DNA of 64,000 nucleotides from Escherichia coli (GTDB lineage Bacteria; Pseudomonadota; Gammaproteobacteria; Enterobacterales; Enterobacteriaceae): NCBI RefSeq assembly GCF_003018235.1, contig NZ_CP027437.1; one strand, 5' to 3'. Shown piece by piece: positions 57,464 to 64,000 of this stretch (position 1 is its first letter; each line of letters starts with the position of its first letter). The notes under the pieces were generated by a model. It saw only the letters and a program-made list of their open reading frames with translations, ran no database searches and was not told where the DNA came from. The position numbers and the translations under genes were made by a program.

Positions 57464-57485
57464 TTTCGATCCCTCTGATTATTCG

Positions 57486-58229
57486 TTATGCAGGATTAGG
57501 AATATCAATAAAGGTCACATCAAGATCGGTATTTTCATTCAGCCACTCGCTCAACGCGCGAATACCACCGCGTTCAGTGGCATGGTGACCCGCAGCATAA
57601 AAATGCAATCCCTGCTCGCGGGCTGAATGAATGGTCTGTTCAGAAACTTCGCCAGTAATAAAAGCATCCACGCCAAAACGCGCGGCGCTATCGATAAAAC
57701 TTTGCCCGCCCCCCGTGCACCAGGCGACGCGCTGGACCACCTCAGGTCCGGTATCGCCACACCATAACGGCTTACGTCCCAGACGCGCTTCAATCCAGGA
57801 AGCCAGCTCCAGTCCCGGCACAGGCATGGTCAGTTCGCCCCACGGCACCAACGGCTCAATTTCGCCCATGACCGTGATCCCCAGTAACGCCGCCAGCTGT
57901 GCGTTATTGCCCAGCTCAGGATGTGCGTCAAGCGGCAAATGCCAGCCATACAGGTTGATATCATTCGCCAGCAACGTTTTTAAACGGTTACGCTTCATGC
58001 CGCGAATGACCGGAGATTCGCCTTTCCAGAAGTAGCCATGATGCACAATGACCGCATCCGCGCCCAGACGCACTGCCTCATCGAGCAAAGCCTGGCTGGC
58101 AGTGACACCGGTAACAATTTTTTGCACCGTCTCTTTGCCTTCCACCTGCAAACCATTCGGCGCGTAATCACTAATCGCCGCGCTGTTCAGTTTTTCGTTA
58201 ATCAGTTGTTCCAGTTCGGTGTTTTTCAT
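57486..58229 (-). CDS. ybgI: Nif3-family metal-binding protein (GTP cyclohydrolase 1 type 2 homolog)
   Basis: 247 aa. Confidence 0.88.
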   Translation of the reverse strand: MKNTELEQLINEKLNSAAISDYAPNGLQVEGKETVQKIVTGVTASQALLDEAVRLGADAVIVHHGYFWKGESPVIRGMKRNRLKTLLANDINLYGWHLPLDAHPELGNNAQLAALLGITVMGEIEPLVPWGELTMPVPGLELASWIEARLGRKPLWCGDTGPEVVQRVAWCTGGGQSFIDSAARFGVDAFITGEVSEQTIHSAREQGLHFYAAGHHATERGGIRALSEWLNENTDLDVTFIDIPNPA

Positions 58230-58316
58230 CTTCGCGCCTTCCGTATTCTGATAGCTACACCGTTAACATAGCGTTACCTCGCCTGTTCGTCGATAGCCAA
58301 TCTTTTGACATATTAA

Positions 58317-59981
<1,665 letters not shown>

Positions 59982-59996
59982 CAGGCCAGCACCATG

Positions 59997-60029
59997 CCTG
60001 ATAAAACGCTCGCTGCGTTTTATCAGGCT
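59997..60029. terminator. palindrome between convergent dtpD and phr, probable bidirectional terminator
   Basis: Perfect 14-bp arms GCCTGATAAAACGC / GCGTTTTATCAGGC. Confidence 0.45.
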
Positions 60030-61441
60030 CCTTTCCTCGCTTCTTCGTACGCTGCCAGCGTTCGCAGCCTTGCCTCTTTGTGATCAACTATCGGTTGCGG
60101 ATAATCCAGCGTCACACCTGCTTTCTGCGCCCACTTCCACGGCTCATGCACCACTTTCCCTGGCACATCGCGCAGTTCCGGTAGCCACTGGCGGATAAAC
60201 TCGCCTTCGCGGTCAAATTTCTCGCCCTGGGTTGTCGGGTTAAAAATACGAAAATACGGCGCTGCATCGGTTCCGGTTGAAGCGGCCCACTGCCAGCCAC
60301 CGTTATTAGCTGCCAAATCACCATCAATCAGCTGCGACATGAAATATCGCTCACCTTCGCGCCAGTCGATCAATAAATCTTTCACCAAAAAACTGGCTGT
60401 AATCATCCGTAGCCGGTTATGCATCCAGCCAGTGGTGTTAAGCTGACGCATGGCAGCATCAACAATCGGGTATCCCGTTTTGCCTTCCTGCCAGGCCTTT
60501 AAATGCGCGGAATTGCTCTGCCACTGCACGCGGTCGGTCCAGACAATAAACGGACGATGTTTACACAGCGAGGGGTAATACGTTATCAGATGACGGTAAA
60601 ACTCGCGCCAGATCAGCTCATTAAGCCAGATACTACCGGCCCCACCGTCCAGCGCCTGCGGCTGTTCCGCCAACAAGCGATGCAGACACTGGCGAGGCGA
60701 TAACCCGCCCGTTGCCAGGCTGGCGGACAAACGACTGGTGCCTTCCACTGCCGGAAAATCTCGTTGTTGCTCATATTCTCCGGCACCGTTCTGGCAAAAC
60801 TGGCGTAATTGCGCAATCGCAGCTTTTTCTTCCACCGGGAAATGCGCAGTATCGAAAGGCTGACGAGGATAATTCAGCGTAATGGATGGCGCGGGATCTA
60901 TCGATCCACTACTACGTACTTTTGGCGCAGCGACGCACTCCGGCATCCCTTCCCGCAGCCGTTTCAGCCAGGCGTTTTTAAATGGCGTAAAGACTTTGTA
61001 CATCTCATGATTGCCAGTCATCACCGCCCCCGGCGGCAGGATCACGCTGTCGTCAAATCCTTCACACACCACGTTACGCAGCGTTCTCTCAACCTGCGCA
61101 TCCCGCGCCCGCTCATTCACCTCATACTGATAGTTATAAAACAGATGGGTAACACGATTTTCCGCGCACACCTGTTTAACTATTTCGACGCTGGCAGCAA
61201 AGTCATCCACTTCATGAAACAGCAAAGGAATGCCTTTTTCCGCCAGCGCGATTTGTAGCCCATTCAGTTGAGCATTGATAAGTTCAGCCTGACGCGGCGA
61301 CACATTATGCGCCGCCCACTGGCGTGGTGTAGCGATATACAACGCCAGCACGCGTGCAGACGAATAGCGGCAAGCGGCAGCCAGCGCGAGATTATCGTGC
61401 TGACGTAAATCCTGGCGAAACCAGACCAGATGGGTAGTCAT
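60023..61441 (-). CDS. phr: deoxyribodipyrimidine photolyase
   Basis: 472 aa; photolyase/FAD-binding domains. Confidence 0.95.
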   Translation of the reverse strand: MTTHLVWFRQDLRQHDNLALAAACRYSSARVLALYIATPRQWAAHNVSPRQAELINAQLNGLQIALAEKGIPLLFHEVDDFAASVEIVKQVCAENRVTHLFYNYQYEVNERARDAQVERTLRNVVCEGFDDSVILPPGAVMTGNHEMYKVFTPFKNAWLKRLREGMPECVAAPKVRSSGSIDPAPSITLNYPRQPFDTAHFPVEEKAAIAQLRQFCQNGAGEYEQQRDFPAVEGTSRLSASLATGGLSPRQCLHRLLAEQPQALDGGAGSIWLNELIWREFYRHLITYYPSLCKHRPFIVWTDRVQWQSNSAHLKAWQEGKTGYPIVDAAMRQLNTTGWMHNRLRMITASFLVKDLLIDWREGERYFMSQLIDGDLAANNGGWQWAASTGTDAAPYFRIFNPTTQGEKFDREGEFIRQWLPELRDVPGKVVHEPWKWAQKAGVTLDYPQPIVDHKEARLRTLAAYEEARKGA

Positions 61442-61947
61442 AAAACTCCTGAATGGCGCAAGTTAATCACATGCGGCCAAAGTTCGAAATAACGCTGCCC
61501 TGAAAGCCAGGCGTTAGGATAAAGCGCCATATAGTGTTTGATACGCATCAGCGGCGCAAGAAGCGGTTGCTCGCCACGGCGATAACTGTCGATAAGCGCC
61601 GCCAGCTGCTGGCGTTCTGTGGAATAAATATGCGGGCGAAAATACCCCTGAACGTGCATCAAAACGTTGGTGTGATCGCGCGGGTTGGCGGGATGAGAAA
61701 GCAAAACAATTACGCGTTGACGGTACTGGCTGTAAAAATCATCCAGATTTTGCCACTGATGAATATCAGCCACAAACGGGCCAAGTTTGCGGTATTCCGG
61801 CTGAGAATGAGCCAGAAAGACGAGTTTATAGCGGCTGTGATAATCGAGAAGCGCCCCGCGCGTTAAGCCATGTTCTTTCAGTCGATATAGCTCATAAATC
61901 GCGAAGATGCGGATTAGGGTGCTTTCATCAAATCGTTGCTGATTCAT
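61438..61947 (-). CDS. ybgA: DUF1722 protein co-transcribed with phr
   Basis: 169 aa; overlaps phr start. Confidence 0.88.
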   Translation of the reverse strand: MNQQRFDESTLIRIFAIYELYRLKEHGLTRGALLDYHSRYKLVFLAHSQPEYRKLGPFVADIHQWQNLDDFYSQYRQRVIVLLSHPANPRDHTNVLMHVQGYFRPHIYSTERQQLAALIDSYRRGEQPLLAPLMRIKHYMALYPNAWLSGQRYFELWPHVINLRHSGVL

Positions 61948-62032
61948 TACTGCTCCTGAGATATTAACAGGAGTAAGTGTAGACGTTGGGAAATGATGTT
62001 TGTGAAGTTAATCCTGTTGTAGCAGGGCAAAA

Positions 62033-62856
62033 TTACGAAAGCACGCTCCCCGCAAGGACTGACGCCAGATAGTTTCTGTCCATGGCTGCCCTTTCCATTC
62101 AAACGTGAAATCAATAAGTTCATCAGGGACATCGCAAACAATATGAAGTCAGATTTCTTCTCTGCCGTGACTCTTTTCACTCATTGCGTAACTGTCATGC
62201 TCTGGATTATTTAATTCTTTCAGTGGAATTTTTTCCTCAAAGGCTTTATTTAGCCGCCCCTGATTTCCTTTTACAGCGAATAAATAATCACCTCCCTGTT
62301 TTTGTATCTTCTCTGCAATATCTTTCTGGCAACCCATCGCATCAGTTGTGATAATTTTTCCTTTAATATCCAACATGTTAAGAAGTTCAGGGGTAACTCT
62401 AATCTCATTGGATTTCTCATCCGTCTTGATCTGTCCGATGACCAGACTGTGCATTGTTCAGAACGCACTAATGACATGAATCGCTCCCCTGCGGCGACTC
62501 TTGTCATAAGAGTGCCGGAGCGTTTTTCCATCAATTGCAATGACGCCTTTATCATCTGAAGAATGGCAGTCACGCATCCAGTTAATAAAGCACTCGTGAA
62601 ATTTTGCAGGACTGATACAGGATACAACTCTGGCAATGGTATCGTGAACAGGAATACCATTTTCAAAATCACCATATTGTTTTAAAAAATCGAGATGTGT
62701 TTCCCCAAAATCCTCTATATCTTCCCAGCCTTCTGCACCAGAAATAACGGCACAAATAGTCAACAGTAGAATATCCGACAATTTATGTTCCACTTTCCAG
62801 GCTTGTCTGTAATCGGGAATAATAGAAATATGTTCCATCAGTTTTTTAAGTTCCAT
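62033..62856 (-). pseudogene. degraded H-repeat-associated (ISAs1-family) transposase
   Basis: N-terminus [21 protein letters not shown] matches H-rpt proteins; two in-frame TGA stops (after ...HVISAF and after ...HGREEI) and an internal deletion joining ...FEWKG to a shifted tail ...[17 protein letters not shown]. Confidence 0.8.
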
Positions 62857-63056
62857 TTTGTGCTCCTTAATTATGTAAGGAGTATTTGATCATGTATAAG
62901 CAATAAAAAACAGCTTCAGGTAATGAGGAATATCTCAATTTTTAAACATAAAATGCGAATTATTTAGCACAAAAAAGCAGCGTTACGTGATCTTTCCCTG
63001 GTGATAAACGAGAAATAAATAAAAGGGGCGAGGCTGATTTCGCCCCCTTTTATTAT

Positions 63057-63422
63057 TTAACAATATTTAACTTCATATTTCCCTATAATATCGAACACAT
63101 GGTCATAAGTACTGATAATTATGTGCTGAACTCCATCTCTTTGGATATCCTCTACTAAATCGAAACTTGATTTAGTATATTGTTCAAAAGGATAATCATC
63201 AACTTTGTATATAGATAACTTTTCAATTTTGCTAATAAAAAACTCGAGACTAATATCATAAGCATCTTTAATAGCAGGTTTGCAGGCAGACAACGATAAG
63301 GAAGCTTTGATGGTAAAGTTAAATGGATACAGATTTAACTCTGTCCCAGTTAAAATCAACGCATCTCGACCATATATTTGACCATATTTTGTTTCTAGTG
63401 CTTTTACAATCATATTAGCCAC
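63057..63422 (-). CDS. putative immunity protein for the adjacent Rhs C-terminal toxin
   Basis: 121-aa AT-rich ORF immediately downstream of and overlapping the Rhs CT ORF. Confidence 0.5.
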   Translation of the reverse strand: MANMIVKALETKYGQIYGRDALILTGTELNLYPFNFTIKASLSLSACKPAIKDAYDISLEFFISKIEKLSIYKVDDYPFEQYTKSSFDLVEDIQRDGVQHIIISTYDHVFDIIGKYEVKYC

Positions 63423-63882
63423 AACCTCTTGTCCTCACTGTTCTGCCGCCATTTTGAGTTGAAAATCTTCGATCTAAATTAATTTTTGACAATTCCTCTG
63501 GAGTAGCCCATCTCGAAGGAATCTTCGATACACCGGCTGCTTTGGCAGCATAAAGTCGTCTGTTATCTAAAGTAAAGACTGAATCTTTATGAGCACCTTG
63601 TGATAACAATCTCTCTTGAACATTTACAGGTAAATCCCGCATTCTAACTTTTCTAATAGGTTCAACGTGATTTATATATGACGGGTCATTTATAAGTCTG
63701 TGAATAAGTCCATTAACATTTCTTCCGTCTTCAAAAACACCATTCATACTATCTTGTGAGAATAGAATTGTTTTAGGACTTACTGGTGATAATCCAAGAG
63801 GATCTATCCATGATAACGGGTTTGGAACATAACTATAGAGGTTTAATCCCCCCTCCAGCCCTATCGGGTCAGGATGCGCAAT
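63415..63882 (-). CDS. Rhs orphan C-terminal toxin fragment (no start codon; last core residues plus variable CT domain)
   Basis: Minus-strand reading gives DPIGLEGGLNLYSYVPNPLSWIDPLGL (Rhs PxxxxDPxGL boundary) then about 125 aa of AT-rich sequence; in-frame stop just upstream at 63883–63885. Confidence 0.7.
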   Translation of the reverse strand: MAHPDPIGLEGGLNLYSYVPNPLSWIDPLGLSPVSPKTILFSQDSMNGVFEDGRNVNGLIHRLINDPSYINHVEPIRKVRMRDLPVNVQERLLSQGAHKDSVFTLDNRRLYAAKAAGVSKIPSRWATPEELSKINLDRRFSTQNGGRTVRTRGCG

Positions 63883-64000
63883 CTACCTATCTGAACGATC
63901 GTACCATCAACTTCGTATATAAATTATCAAGACTGTAACGTCATAGCGCCATGACTTACTGTTATGATTTCATAAACAGGGAAGATATAATTCCTTACCC

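Overview
Escherichia coli chromosome, the gal–tol–cyd–suc–sdh–gltA–ybg neighbourhood, in reverse orientation relative to the usual K-12 map. Gene calls rest on my recognition of the translated ORFs and of exact nucleotide motifs; no database search was run. Core content: modF (3' part), galETKM with its operators, gpmA, aroG, ybgS, zitB, pnuC, nadA, a Lys/Val tRNA array with 8 tRNAs, cpoB-pal-tolBARQ-ybgC, ybgE-cydX-cydBA, sucDCBA-sdhBADC, gltA, the ybgDQPO chaperone-usher fimbrial operon, abrB, nei, pxpACB-ybgI, dtpD, phr-ybgA, and a degraded H-repeat element with an Rhs orphan toxin/immunity pair at the window end. The main accessory feature is a ~13 kb insertion between the cydA regulatory region and the sucD 3' end (about 22.6–35.7 kb), where I recall K-12 carrying mngR-mngAB. 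It encodes a coenzyme-B12-dependent glutamate mutase (glmS-glmL-glmE), methylaspartate ammonia-lyase, an AtuA-like split pair of unknown function, a dicarboxylate/amino-acid:cation symporter, a class I fumarase-like hydratase (FumD-type mesaconase, frameshifted in this sequence), a BtuR-like adenosyltransferase and a LysR regulator. That is the methylaspartate/mesaconate route of glutamate catabolism, which I recall being described in the O157:H7 lineage. The least explained part is an AT-rich two-gene module (22641–24088) at the island edge with no recognisable similarity. Other points: apparent 1-bp frameshifts in the fumD-like gene and in the ybgQ usher at a C7 tract, an extra tandem tRNA-Lys copy, tRNA-derived fragment repeats, and the small protein cydX, which is absent from the ORF track.
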